A model generated the notes under the pieces. It was not told the DNA's origin and made no database searches. It saw nothing but the letters and a program-made list of their open reading frames with translations. A program made the position numbers and the translations under genes. 64,000 bases of DNA from Aggregatilineales bacterium. Its GTDB lineage: Bacteria > Chloroflexota > Anaerolineae > Aggregatilineales > J027. Location: NCBI GenBank assembly GCA_965215855.1, contig CBDCER010000003.1:2968880-3032879 (forward strand). The letters are read 5' to 3'. Below are positions 29,649 to 38,601 of this stretch, one piece after another. Each line of letters opens with the position of its first letter. Position 1 is the stretch's first letter.

Positions 29649-32600
29649 TTGAGAGCGGTGAGCGAAAAAGTTTTTGAACTACAGCGCTTCTATTATGGGG
29701 TTTTCAGCGGCCAGTCTTCTGTAAAACCGGCAGTCTTGGCACGCACCCCGGGGGTATCGACACAGCAGGTGAGCGAGGGTTTGCTGTTTGGTCGTTTGGA
29801 GCCGCCACGCCATATTTCGGATGAGATGCCAGCGTCAATGGGGCTGTTTCGCGGCAAAAATGTCCCCTTTGTGCTGACAATAGCCAGAATCAACAGCCAA
29901 AGCACACCCCAATTGCAGTATATTCTGCTAGATACAGCGGTTTTGCTGCGGATGGGCGGTAATATGCAGACGTTCCTGGGGTTGGCGCACAACGAGATGC
30001 CGCTGTTCGATAAATTGCGCGAGTTGAGCGTTTTTCGGCTGAATAACCTTCAACCACCAGACCCAGAAGCCCAAGGGGAGTCAATCCAGCGGTTATTGTT
30101 ATATTGCAAAGATAATATGAAGGCTGTGGAAGGCTTGTTGACTGCCTTAATTCAGGGCAATAATGTTGCGGTGATTAATGCACCCGCTTCATTGGAACAG
30201 CGTGTCTATTTTCTTGAGGGACTGGTGATGCTATTGCCGCGTCCAGCACGCGGTATTTTGACATTTGCAACATATGTGAATAAACCCGAAAACTCGGTCG
30301 CACAAATCAAGTTTCTGGTTAATGCCAATACACGTCCTGCAGATCATACGATGTATGATTGGCAAAGCGGATCCCTGTTCCCGGCCAAATATGAACGCCA
30401 TAATTATGCGCGGTTTGTAGTTTCGCAATTGCGATTGGATCCTGATCGTGCGGTGGCGGAGGCGGAACGGTTAGCACAGACAGCTAGCTGGCGGGCTATC
30501 CGGAAGGATCACCTATCGAATGCACTGGAGTGGGTGGCGCGGCGAGCGAAGATTGACCGAGCAGTGCAGGCTGGGCAGCCAGCGGATCGGGCAGCTGTCG
30601 CTGCAATCTTGCGCGAAGACCCCACATTGAGTGACGAACTGCGGGTTGCTTATAGCCAGCACTTGTTAACGTTTGCTCTGGCGTTGCAAGAATGGCAGAC
30701 TGCCGAGATGGTTCCCGCGATTGCGGCTGGTCATCAAGAGGTTGCTTCAGCGGCATTGTCGCACCTGCGCGAAGCAGCGAAAAAGGATCAGGCGCTTGAA
30801 GTTTATAACCTGATTGAATATTGGTTGAACGAGGTTGCTGCGGCTCAATCATTGCCCTGGCAACAGGCACTTCATACCGCTATTTTTTCGCATGTTCAGG
30901 CTCTTTTGGAAGCAAGAAACCTAAAGCAACTCGTAGCGTTTATCTACCGTTTGTGTAACAGTGCCCCCATTCTAAAGATTGAGCAGGTTGCTGAGAAGGT
31001 GGTGGCGCTGATGCAGCCACCAGCCCGGAAGGTTCCACAAGTGGCCCAGGCATTACTGGTGTTCGGGGCCAGCTATCTGTCGGCTGGTGGTTTTCAAGAT
31101 TTGATTTCGGATATTGAATTGGTGCGCCAGTTACCCCAACCTCAACAACAGGCGGTTGTGCTATTACAACCGGAAATGCCGGAAGGCGTGGAACCTGTTC
31201 CGAATGTTCTTGCCAAGGCCGCAAAAACGGTGCCAGCTCAGTATGATACAGTTGTGTTGGTGCGTTTTGTTGAAGGGGCGCTGCATTTGCGGCGAGCGCA
31301 GGTGATTGGGGAGCTAGAGTTACGTGCGCTCCTGCGATTAGCTGAAACCCGTCGTATTGAGCGATTTCAACATATCATTAAATATCTGGTGGACGAATTC
31401 TCGGCCTCGGATCGTATCAAACCGCTGGGAGCCAAGGGGTGGATATTGCTGCCGCAGTTGTACTTTATGACTGGCAGCATCAACGAAGGCATCCGATTGC
31501 TGGAGTATTACCAGAATGAATTGTTTACGCTGGATAGACTGGCCGCTTTTAGTGATCTGATTGGTGAAGTATTCTTGCGTGTCAAGTTGCCAGCAGAGCA
31601 GATGCTTGACGTGTTGAATGGGTTTGAGGGCAGCAAGATTCGCACAGCACCACGCGCACGGGCGTATTTTGCCAGTATTTTGAACCAGGGCTGGGCTCCG
31701 AAAATGGAGCCAGTGGCGCGCCAGCTAACCAGTATGTTTTACGAAGATCAACGCCTGATCCGATTGGTTGGAGTAGATAATACACTGCGTTTGTTAGATT
31801 TCCACGCCAACCGTAAGAACTTGCTAGATGGGTTGCGGGTAGCGACGGCGTTAGTGCAGGTCGCGCTGCCGATGGGTGAGGCTGGATCGGCGTTGTTAGT
31901 GAAAGCCTGGCAATCATTGGGCTGGTCCCCCGAAGTGAGAAACGCAGCTCTGGAATTGCTGCGGCGTTATATTCGATTGCTGCCGCCAGAGCAAAGTGTG
32001 AATACTCCAGACTATTTTGCTCAACGAATTTCCCCCGAAGTTGGCGAAGTGTTGAAAGTGGCCCGCATGGTGCGGATTATTTCGGGTGATGATGATTTCT
32101 TGAAATTAGCCGAGGTTATACACTTTACACGGACGCTGATGTTTGATCTGGCAGTGGCTTACGACGAGTCGCGGGCTATTCCGACTGAGGTGCGTTTACG
32201 ACGTGATCTGGATGCGTTGGCAGGTAATTTGACGGAGACTGAGCGCCAGCAATTAGCCGAAAACATCGTTGAAATTACTCGGTTGATCTACACGCTTGGC
32301 TCACCTCGGCGGTCACCGTTGCGTAAGACTGGCTTGCTATCACCTCGCAAGACGGGACGTTTGTCGTTGCCAACGACTAACAAGAATGTTGTGCGCGATG
32401 CCCGCGATGTAAATACCCCCCCACAAACAGCTGTTGAATTCTTAACTTGGTTGGGGATGTATTTTTCGGATAACATCGTCATGGAAGTTGATTTGGCACG
32501 AGGTGAAGCAGCACATATTCTGGGGGTGCGTTCGGTATCAATGTTATATCAAGAGGCCCAGGCGATCCGAGACTTTCTGACCCGGCTGGCAGCAGCTTTC

Positions 32601-32888
32601 CCGCCCGGCAAAAAACTGCCAGCTGTAGAGATTGAGACCTTGAAAGCAGAGATTGATAACTTGTGGGGTGAGCTGCGGTTACACGATCAACGGAAGACTC
32701 AGTCCTCGTTGGCAGAAGAATCACAACAAGCAGCATTATTGTTGCAAACACTGGCACAACGTGGATCGGACAAGATATTGTCGGATAGGGGGCTGGGTAA
32801 GCAGTTGGAGACCGGACGCAAGCTTCCTCAAAATGAACTAGAGGCGTTGCGCTGGATCGGAGGGTATTTCGCTCGCACACATACCTGA
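29649..32888 (+). CDS. Large hypothetical protein (1079 aa), alpha/beta N-terminal module plus helical-repeat body
   Basis: Uninterrupted 3.2-kb ORF with a TTG start. No Walker, catalytic or TM motif visible. Basic SP-rich linker (SPRRSPLRKTGLLSPRKTGRLS) near aa 880-900. Confidence 0.7.
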   Translation: MRAVSEKVFELQRFYYGVFSGQSSVKPAVLARTPGVSTQQVSEGLLFGRLEPPRHISDEMPASMGLFRGKNVPFVLTIARINSQSTPQLQYILLDTAVLLRMGGNMQTFLGLAHNEMPLFDKLRELSVFRLNNLQPPDPEAQGESIQRLLLYCKDNMKAVEGLLTALIQGNNVAVINAPASLEQRVYFLEGLVMLLPRPARGILTFATYVNKPENSVAQIKFLVNANTRPADHTMYDWQSGSLFPAKYERHNYARFVVSQLRLDPDRAVAEAERLAQTASWRAIRKDHLSNALEWVARRAKIDRAVQAGQPADRAAVAAILREDPTLSDELRVAYSQHLLTFALALQEWQTAEMVPAIAAGHQEVASAALSHLREAAKKDQALEVYNLIEYWLNEVAAAQSLPWQQALHTAIFSHVQALLEARNLKQLVAFIYRLCNSAPILKIEQVAEKVVALMQPPARKVPQVAQALLVFGASYLSAGGFQDLISDIELVRQLPQPQQQAVVLLQPEMPEGVEPVPNVLAKAAKTVPAQYDTVVLVRFVEGALHLRRAQVIGELELRALLRLAETRRIERFQHIIKYLVDEFSASDRIKPLGAKGWILLPQLYFMTGSINEGIRLLEYYQNELFTLDRLAAFSDLIGEVFLRVKLPAEQMLDVLNGFEGSKIRTAPRARAYFASILNQGWAPKMEPVARQLTSMFYEDQRLIRLVGVDNTLRLLDFHANRKNLLDGLRVATALVQVALPMGEAGSALLVKAWQSLGWSPEVRNAALELLRRYIRLLPPEQSVNTPDYFAQRISPEVGEVLKVARMVRIISGDDDFLKLAEVIHFTRTLMFDLAVAYDESRAIPTEVRLRRDLDALAGNLTETERQQLAENIVEITRLIYTLGSPRRSPLRKTGLLSPRKTGRLSLPTTNKNVVRDARDVNTPPQTAVEFLTWLGMYFSDNIVMEVDLARGEAAHILGVRSVSMLYQEAQAIRDFLTRLAAAFPPGKKLPAVEIETLKAEIDNLWGELRLHDQRKTQSSLAEESQQAALLLQTLAQRGSDKILSDRGLGKQLETGRKLPQNELEALRWIGGYFARTHT

Positions 32889-32903
32889 TCTGCTGCTCGC
32901 TGA

Positions 32904-32911
32904 ATAATAAA
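32904..32911. repeat. Target-site duplication ATAATAAA (left copy)
   Basis: The 8-bp sequence immediately outside the left IS inverted repeat is identical to 34278-34285. Confidence 0.75.
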
Positions 32912-34277
32912 GGCTCAACGCGGAAAAGTGTGAAAATCGCATCAACCACCTCCATATTGGGCCAAAACCTGTAATCGAAAGATGTTGAAATTACGAAAAC
33001 CGAAGGCACGACGGATGGTGGCACGGATCGCATTATTGATGCCTTCGACAAAGCCCTGGGTCACGCCATTGATGAAGTAATTGAGGAACTCATCCCACCA
33101 ATTACGCAAGGTGTTGACGAACTTGAGTAAGCGCAGATCGCCGGTGGCCTGCACCTTGCAAATCCAGGCCTGTAGAAACCGGGTCGCCTGCTCACGGTTC
33201 TGGACTTTATCACAAATAGTGCGAAATTCCTCTTTGAGCAAGTACATGACCCGCAACTCAGGACAAGCCGCCAAGACTTGCTGGAGTTTGCTTTCTTCTT
33301 CGGGCGACAACTCATGACGCGCCTTCACTAGTATCCAGCGCGACCCTTTGAGGATGTCATAGGTCGGCGGATCGACTTGCTTCTGAAGGTGGCGGCGGGC
33401 TTGTGTTAGGCGGTCATTGAGTTGCTTCATCACATGGAAGCGGTCCGCGACCTGGCGAGCATGTGGTAAAGCCTTCTTGACAGCCTGGCGGTACGGTTCC
33501 CATAGATCGGTTGAGACGACAGTGATCTGCTCTCGATCTGGCTGCGCGTTGAACCACGCGATCAATGTTTCCTGCTTACGATCTGGCAACACTGCCAAAA
33601 TGCAGTGCCTTTCCAAATCGGACAGGATCAATACGTACTGTTTATGACGCTTCTTGAGAGCCAGTTCATCGATCCCCAGAACCCGTACAGGATTCTGGGT
33701 TGGGCGTTGGGTCGTGCGTTGAGCATAGGTCACAAATATCTCTTTGACCGTTGACTCACTCAAGTGTTCTTGTCGCGCCACAGCTTTGCGATCACACTGC
33801 AAACATTGTTCGTAGACATATTGCTCATAGCGTCGCGTTTGACGCCGCTGCTGATTGACACTCAGCAGGTTCTCGGTGAACGGGCGTTGGCAATGCTCAC
33901 ACCTGAAGCGACGCCCCATAAAATAGAGATTAACTCGTTTTCCCATCACACTCAGGTCGCGCACCCGGCGTTCCTTCTGCTGGTGAACCTGCTGAGACAA
34001 ATACTCACAGTCGGGACACTGCGTGATATCGTAGCGGTGTTCACACTTCAGATGCAATGCTTCGCCCTCTAGCTCATAATGTGTCACGCGAAATTCTGGT
34101 AATTCTACCAACTCCGTTATGGTTGCGAGGCTGACTGCTGCCCATTTCCGTTCTGTCTCTGGCTTGACGCCTGCCGTTAACATCGCTATTGTTTCTATCT
34201 TGGCTTCTCCTGTGCTGGTTGTTGCTCTATAGCTTATAACACGGTGAAGCCTTTTTCACACTTTTCCGCGTTGACCC
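32912..34277 (-). mobile_element. ISL3-family insertion sequence (1366 bp)
   Basis: Terminal inverted repeats GGCTCAACGCGGAAAAGTGTGAAAA (32912-32936) and TTTTCACACTTTTCCGCGTTGACCC (34253-34277), 24/25 complementary. One transposase ORF. Flanked by an 8-bp direct repeat. Confidence 0.85.
32942..34183 (-). CDS. ISL3-family transposase
   Basis: N-terminal zinc-finger-like CPDC..CEHC region and the DDE_Tnp_ISL3-like body typical of the family (..VLGIDELALKKRHKQYVLILSDL.., ..TQGFVEGINNAIR..). Confidence 0.9.
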   Translation of the reverse strand: MLTAGVKPETERKWAAVSLATITELVELPEFRVTHYELEGEALHLKCEHRYDITQCPDCEYLSQQVHQQKERRVRDLSVMGKRVNLYFMGRRFRCEHCQRPFTENLLSVNQQRRQTRRYEQYVYEQCLQCDRKAVARQEHLSESTVKEIFVTYAQRTTQRPTQNPVRVLGIDELALKKRHKQYVLILSDLERHCILAVLPDRKQETLIAWFNAQPDREQITVVSTDLWEPYRQAVKKALPHARQVADRFHVMKQLNDRLTQARRHLQKQVDPPTYDILKGSRWILVKARHELSPEEESKLQQVLAACPELRVMYLLKEEFRTICDKVQNREQATRFLQAWICKVQATGDLRLLKFVNTLRNWWDEFLNYFINGVTQGFVEGINNAIRATIRRAFGFRNFNIFRLQVLAQYGGG

Positions 34278-34285
34278 ATAATAAA
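34278..34285. repeat. Target-site duplication ATAATAAA (right copy)
   Basis: The 8-bp sequence immediately outside the right IS inverted repeat is identical to 32904-32911. Confidence 0.75.
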
Positions 34286-34321
34286 AGCCCATTATGTCCA
34301 CACATCATGATGGGCTTTTTT
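34285..34321 (+). terminator. Rho-independent terminator, displaced from the 1079-aa gene by the IS
   Basis: An 11-bp stem AAGCCCATTAT / ATGATGGGCTT (one wobble), 11-nt loop, then a T-run. It starts inside the right TSD copy. Confidence 0.7.
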
Positions 34322-34358
34322 ACTTGACACAAAGGATACTTTGTGAGATGCTATCATC

Positions 34359-34388
34359 AACTGGTCAGACCACTTACCAGTATTGGTA
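34359..34388. promoter_or_regulatory. Candidate FadR/GntR-type operator pair
   Basis: AACTGGTCAGACCACTT contains the perfect palindrome TGGTC-A-GACCA. The abutting TACCA-GTAT-TGGTA is a second palindrome. Both lie about 190 nt upstream of the FadR-like gene. Confidence 0.5.
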
Positions 34389-34564
34389 GTGGTGACGGTT
34401 TGACTGATGAAATCTTATAGAGTGATACCTGCATACTCAACCCAGGTTGAAATCGCATGTCGATGGGTTTTTTTAGATAGCACGAAGACTCATTCCCTAC
34501 AACATAACAGCCGCAGTCAATTTTCACCACCACCCCAGATATTGAGATTCAGAAAGCAGGAAAT

Positions 34565-35272
34565 ATGAATTGGTCCGCACCAAAGCGCCCAGTTGATCAC
34601 GCGGAATATACATTGATTGATGCAATTTTGAACGGAGAGTTTGCACCTGGTTCGACATTGCCGGGAGAACGTGATTTGGCGCAGATGCTAGGTGTGACGC
34701 GGCCAACGCTGCGTGAGGCCTTGCGGCGTATGGAGAGCGATGGTTGGGTGACGATTCAGCAAGGCAAACCAACCCTGATCAATGATTTTTGGTGGGAAGG
34801 CGGCCTGAATATTCTGAGTGGCATTGTACGTCACAGCTACCAATTACCACCCGGATTTGTGTTAAATCTTCTGCGTGTGCGGCTTGACCTGGCCCCATCT
34901 TTTACACGATTAGCCATTGAGCATGACCCAGTTGGTTGCCAAGACGTGTTGGAAAAAGGCGAAGCCTTGCCAGATACTCCGGAAGCATTTGCAGCCTATG
35001 ACTGGGAATTGCAACGATGGTTGACAGTGGCATCCGGCAATCCAATTTATGCGTTGATATTGAATGGATTTGCCGGATTTTATGAAGAACTGGCACGTGT
35101 GTACTTTGCCTTGCCTGAAGCTCGGCAGGCGTCGCGGCGCTATTATGCAGCGTTGTCAGCAGCGGCGCAGCAAGGTAATGGTACGGTGGCGGAACAAGTG
35201 ACACGCGATGTGATGCAGGACAGTATGGCACTGTGGCGAAAGGCCAATCAGCCAGGAGAGAATCAGCAATGA
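34565..35272 (+). CDS. fadR: FadR-type GntR-family transcriptional regulator
   Basis: The N-terminal wHTH closely parallels E. coli FadR (PGSTLPGERDLAQMLGVTRPTLREALRRMESDGWVTIQQGKPTLINDFWWEGGLNIL). FadR_C-like helical domain follows. Confidence 0.8.
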   Translation: MNWSAPKRPVDHAEYTLIDAILNGEFAPGSTLPGERDLAQMLGVTRPTLREALRRMESDGWVTIQQGKPTLINDFWWEGGLNILSGIVRHSYQLPPGFVLNLLRVRLDLAPSFTRLAIEHDPVGCQDVLEKGEALPDTPEAFAAYDWELQRWLTVASGNPIYALILNGFAGFYEELARVYFALPEARQASRRYYAALSAAAQQGNGTVAEQVTRDVMQDSMALWRKANQPGENQQ

Positions 35273-36858
35273 GGCGTTGGAATGGTTGGGGCGACGACAC
35301 GATAGATCATCCATTGCCAGATGGTGCATCGAGTTTTCTAGCAGAACGGGTAGGAAGGACTACAGCCTCTGTTGATGCACAGTTGGATGATATTGTGGTA
35401 TTGGTTCCAGAGACACGCCTGCCAGAGCATCCATTGATCGTTACGGATCCTGTCGACCGCCTCTATCATTCGCGGGGCCAGAGCTTGCCGGATTGGGTGG
35501 CCCTGCGGATGGGACAGGTTGATGTGTTTCCTGATGGTGTGGCCTATCCTTTGACGGCGCAAGATGTCCGCGGATTGATTCGCTACGCCACTAACGCGGG
35601 TGTGCGGTTGGTTCCATATGGAGGCGGCACAAGTGTGGTGGGGCATATCAATCCAATGCCAGGCGATGTTCCCGTGTTGACCGTGGATATGAGCCGCATG
35701 AACCGTTTGGTGAGGCTGGATGCCGAGACGAATCTGGCGACGTTTGGGGCAGGTGTAACCGGGCCAGATCTGGAAGCTCAACTTCGCGCACAGGGCTATA
35801 CATTGGGACATTATCCACAGTCGTTTGAATATTCGACGCTAGGTGGTTGGATTGCGACACGATCCAGTGGGCAACAATCACTGCATTATGGGCGTATTGA
35901 GCAGCTTTTCGCCGGGGGCAGTTTGGAGACACCCAGCGGGACACTCAATATGCCAGCGTATCCCGCATCTGCCGCCGGGCCAGATTTACGCGAGATAGTA
36001 ATGGGATCGGAGGGACGCTTGGGTATCATCACTGAAGCAACGGTCCGCGTGTCTAAATTACCGGAGCGTGAGGAATTCCGTGCTATGTTTTTCCCTAATT
36101 TCGGACAAGGCATGTCGGCAGTGCGCGAGATTGCACAAGCACGGATACCTCTGTCGATGTTGCGGTTGAGCAATGCCGTCGAGACAGAAACCATGTTGGC
36201 ACTGGCCGGACACGAACGGTTTATCAAAACATTGGAGCGTATATTGGCAATGCGCGGCATCAAAGATGAAAAGTGTATGTTGATGATGGGTTACACTGGA
36301 CAGGAACGTGTCGGAAAGGCGGCTCTGCGTGATGCAGTTGCGATTGCCGGAAGGTATGGTGGCGTTCATTTGCGCGTCGGAGGCATCTTTGGCTCTCAGT
36401 GGCAAAAATCGCGGTTTCGGACACCCTATCTCCGCAATACGTTGTGGGAACGGGGTTATGCAGTCGATACGTTGGAGACTGCGGTTGATTGGACGCGGAC
36501 AAATGCGATGATGACCGATATTGAGGCGGCGTTGCAGGCGGCATTGGATGAGCCACTACATGTTTTCACACATCTTTCGCATGTATATCCACAGGGTTCG
36601 AGTGTCTATACCACATATATTTTCCGCATTGTGCCTGATCCTGATGTGATGTTGGAACGGTGGAAAGCATTGAAAGCGGCGGCAAGTGAGGCAGTTGTAG
36701 CGAAAGGTGGCACAATCAGTCACCAGCACGGCGTTGGAGTCGATCATGCCCCCTATCTTGAAGCGGAAAAAGGTGTGTTGGGCATGGAGACTTTGCGGGC
36801 GTTGTGCAGCCATTATGATCCCGACGGCTTGATGAACCCCGGCAAATTGATCCAATAA
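35269..36858 (+). CDS. FAD-binding oxidase, alkyl-DHAP synthase (AGPS)-like
   Basis: ATGA overlap with the fadR-like stop. The N-terminus MRRWNGWGDD is typical of AGPS-like proteins. FAD_binding_4 region (VPYGGGTSVVGH) and a C-terminal FAD-oxidase domain. Confidence 0.8.
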   Translation: MRRWNGWGDDTIDHPLPDGASSFLAERVGRTTASVDAQLDDIVVLVPETRLPEHPLIVTDPVDRLYHSRGQSLPDWVALRMGQVDVFPDGVAYPLTAQDVRGLIRYATNAGVRLVPYGGGTSVVGHINPMPGDVPVLTVDMSRMNRLVRLDAETNLATFGAGVTGPDLEAQLRAQGYTLGHYPQSFEYSTLGGWIATRSSGQQSLHYGRIEQLFAGGSLETPSGTLNMPAYPASAAGPDLREIVMGSEGRLGIITEATVRVSKLPEREEFRAMFFPNFGQGMSAVREIAQARIPLSMLRLSNAVETETMLALAGHERFIKTLERILAMRGIKDEKCMLMMGYTGQERVGKAALRDAVAIAGRYGGVHLRVGGIFGSQWQKSRFRTPYLRNTLWERGYAVDTLETAVDWTRTNAMMTDIEAALQAALDEPLHVFTHLSHVYPQGSSVYTTYIFRIVPDPDVMLERWKALKAAASEAVVAKGGTISHQHGVGVDHAPYLEAEKGVLGMETLRALCSHYDPDGLMNPGKLIQ

Positions 36859-36870
36859 GGGAAGCGTGAT

Positions 36871-38592
36871 ATGTGGACTCAAGGTTGGCGCGATGAAGTT
36901 TGGGGGCAGCTTGAGCAGTCCTGGGATTTAGTCGTAGTCGGTGGAGGAATCACTGGCGCGGGTATTTTGCGTGAGGCAGCGCGTCTAGGATTGCGGGTGT
37001 TGCTAGTGGAACAGCGCGATTTTGCATGGGGAACCTCCAGTCGGTCATCGAAGCTGGTGCATGGTGGATTACGCTATTTGGCACAGGGCAAGCTACGATT
37101 GACATTGGCATCGGTACGCGAACGAGAGCAATTGCTGGAGGATGGTCCCGGTCTGATTGATCCGCTGGGCTTTTTGATGGCGACACACAAGGGTGATAAT
37201 CCGGGGCGCTGGACGTATAGCGCCGGATTGTCGATCTACGATCTGATGGCCTTGCAGTGGTCGCACCGCTACTATAGTGCGGACGAGTTTCGGATGCTGG
37301 CTCCACACATCACTACCAAGAATCTGGAAGGTGGTTTTCGGTATGGCGATGCTCAAACCGATGATGCCCGCTTGGTATTGCGGGTGATACGAGAGGCGGT
37401 GGCCGATGGCGGCGTGGCGCTGAACTATGCCACTGTGACGACGTTGGTGAAGGATGAGGCCGGGCAGGTGGCGGGCCTTGTGTTGCAAGACCAAGTAACG
37501 GGTCAGACAGTAGAGGTGCGGGCGCAAGCGGTGGTCAATGCAACTGGTGCATGGGCGGATGTGTTGCGCCAGCAAGTCGGGGCGACGGACCATATCCGCA
37601 AGCTGCGCGGTAGCCATTTGATTATCCCTGGCTGGCGGTTGCCCATGGCGCAGGCTGTGGCCTTTTTGCACCCATTGAACCGGCGTCCGGTGTTCATTTT
37701 CCCGTGGGAAGGCGTGACGGTTGTCGGCACGACTGACATTGACCACGACGACGATCTCAATGCTGAACCATGCATCAGCCCCGAGGAAGTCGCCTATTTG
37801 ATGGCGGCGGTCACGCATCAATTTCCGGCACGGGGGATACGCTTGGGGGATATCATCGCAACGTTTGCGGGCGTGCGTCCAGTGATTGACACGGGGCAGG
37901 AAGATCCCTCCAAGGAATCCCGTGAGCATGTCGTCTGGCAGGAAAATGGTTTGCTGACGGTGACGGGGGGCAAGTTGACCACCTTCCGGGTAATTGCGCT
38001 GGATGCGTTGAAAGCCTTGCAAGATCGTTTGCCAGATCTGCCGCCTATTGATGATAAAACACCAGTCTTGAATGCGGTGAATAGTGAATTGCCGCTGGTC
38101 GCTGACGAGGCGATGCGCCGTCGATTGTTAGGGCGTTACGGCAGTGATGCAGTAGCGTTGGTGAATGCAGCGGAGGCTGGTGAACTGGAGGCTATTCCAG
38201 GGACACATACTATCTGGGCTGAATTGCGCTGGGCGACACGAAGCGAAGGCGTGGTGCATCTAGATGACTTGTTGTTGCGGCGGGTGCGGTTGGGGCTATT
38301 ACTACACGGTGGTGGCGTGGATTTGATGCCTCGTATCCGAGCAATTTGCCAGCCGGAGTTGGGTTGGGATAATGAACGCTGGGAAGCAGAAGAAGCCGCC
38401 TATCGAATGTTGTGGCGCGATCATTACAGCCTGCCAGCTCACGATATTATTCCGGATTGGTATGCGATGTTGCGCCAAGCCAGGGCACAGGTTACGACTG
38501 CTACACAGCCGCGTCAGAGTCCATTGCGGGCGGTGTTGGGGATTATTATGGCATTGATAATGATTCGGTTGCTACGCAAGCAGAAGGCATAA
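36871..38592 (+). CDS. glpD: FAD-dependent glycerol-3-phosphate dehydrogenase/oxidase with hydrophobic C-terminal tail
   Basis: The N-terminus VVGGGITGAGILREAA..FAWGTSSRSSKLVHGGLRYL is diagnostic of GlpD/GlpO. The last ~25 aa (LRAVLGIIMALIMIRLL) look like a membrane anchor. Confidence 0.85.
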   Translation: MWTQGWRDEVWGQLEQSWDLVVVGGGITGAGILREAARLGLRVLLVEQRDFAWGTSSRSSKLVHGGLRYLAQGKLRLTLASVREREQLLEDGPGLIDPLGFLMATHKGDNPGRWTYSAGLSIYDLMALQWSHRYYSADEFRMLAPHITTKNLEGGFRYGDAQTDDARLVLRVIREAVADGGVALNYATVTTLVKDEAGQVAGLVLQDQVTGQTVEVRAQAVVNATGAWADVLRQQVGATDHIRKLRGSHLIIPGWRLPMAQAVAFLHPLNRRPVFIFPWEGVTVVGTTDIDHDDDLNAEPCISPEEVAYLMAAVTHQFPARGIRLGDIIATFAGVRPVIDTGQEDPSKESREHVVWQENGLLTVTGGKLTTFRVIALDALKALQDRLPDLPPIDDKTPVLNAVNSELPLVADEAMRRRLLGRYGSDAVALVNAAEAGELEAIPGTHTIWAELRWATRSEGVVHLDDLLLRRVRLGLLLHGGGVDLMPRIRAICQPELGWDNERWEAEEAAYRMLWRDHYSLPAHDIIPDWYAMLRQARAQVTTATQPRQSPLRAVLGIIMALIMIRLLRKQKA

Positions 38593-38601
38593 GGGGGCAT
38601 C

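Noticed and set aside
32479-33051. A 190-aa minus-strand ORF spanning the end of the 1079-aa gene and the IS boundary.
   Set aside because: It crosses the IS terminal repeat and overlaps two well-supported genes. It is an artefact of the junction.
34324-34357. TTGACA (34324-34329) and TATCAT (34352-34357) as a promoter for the FadR-like operon.
   Set aside because: The hexamers are good individually, but the spacer is 22 nt, outside the functional 16-19 nt range. It was not called as a promoter.
34439-34474. A possible attenuator or terminator (AACCCA..TGGGTTTTTTT) between the FadR-like operator and the fadR-like start.
   Set aside because: The stem is short and interrupted (about 4+3 bp with an 8-nt bulge). 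Only the T-run is convincing. This is insufficient to call a terminator without folding energies.
37093-38022. A 309-aa ORF antisense to glpD. Similar long antisense ORFs occur at 45839-46714, 49300-49902, 61129-61782, 24137-24772 and 15362-15898.
   Set aside because: Each lies wholly inside a gene with unmistakable family motifs on the other strand. They have skewed Arg/His/Gln/Pro-rich composition and no domain signatures. They are typical shadow ORFs in moderately GC-rich coding DNA.
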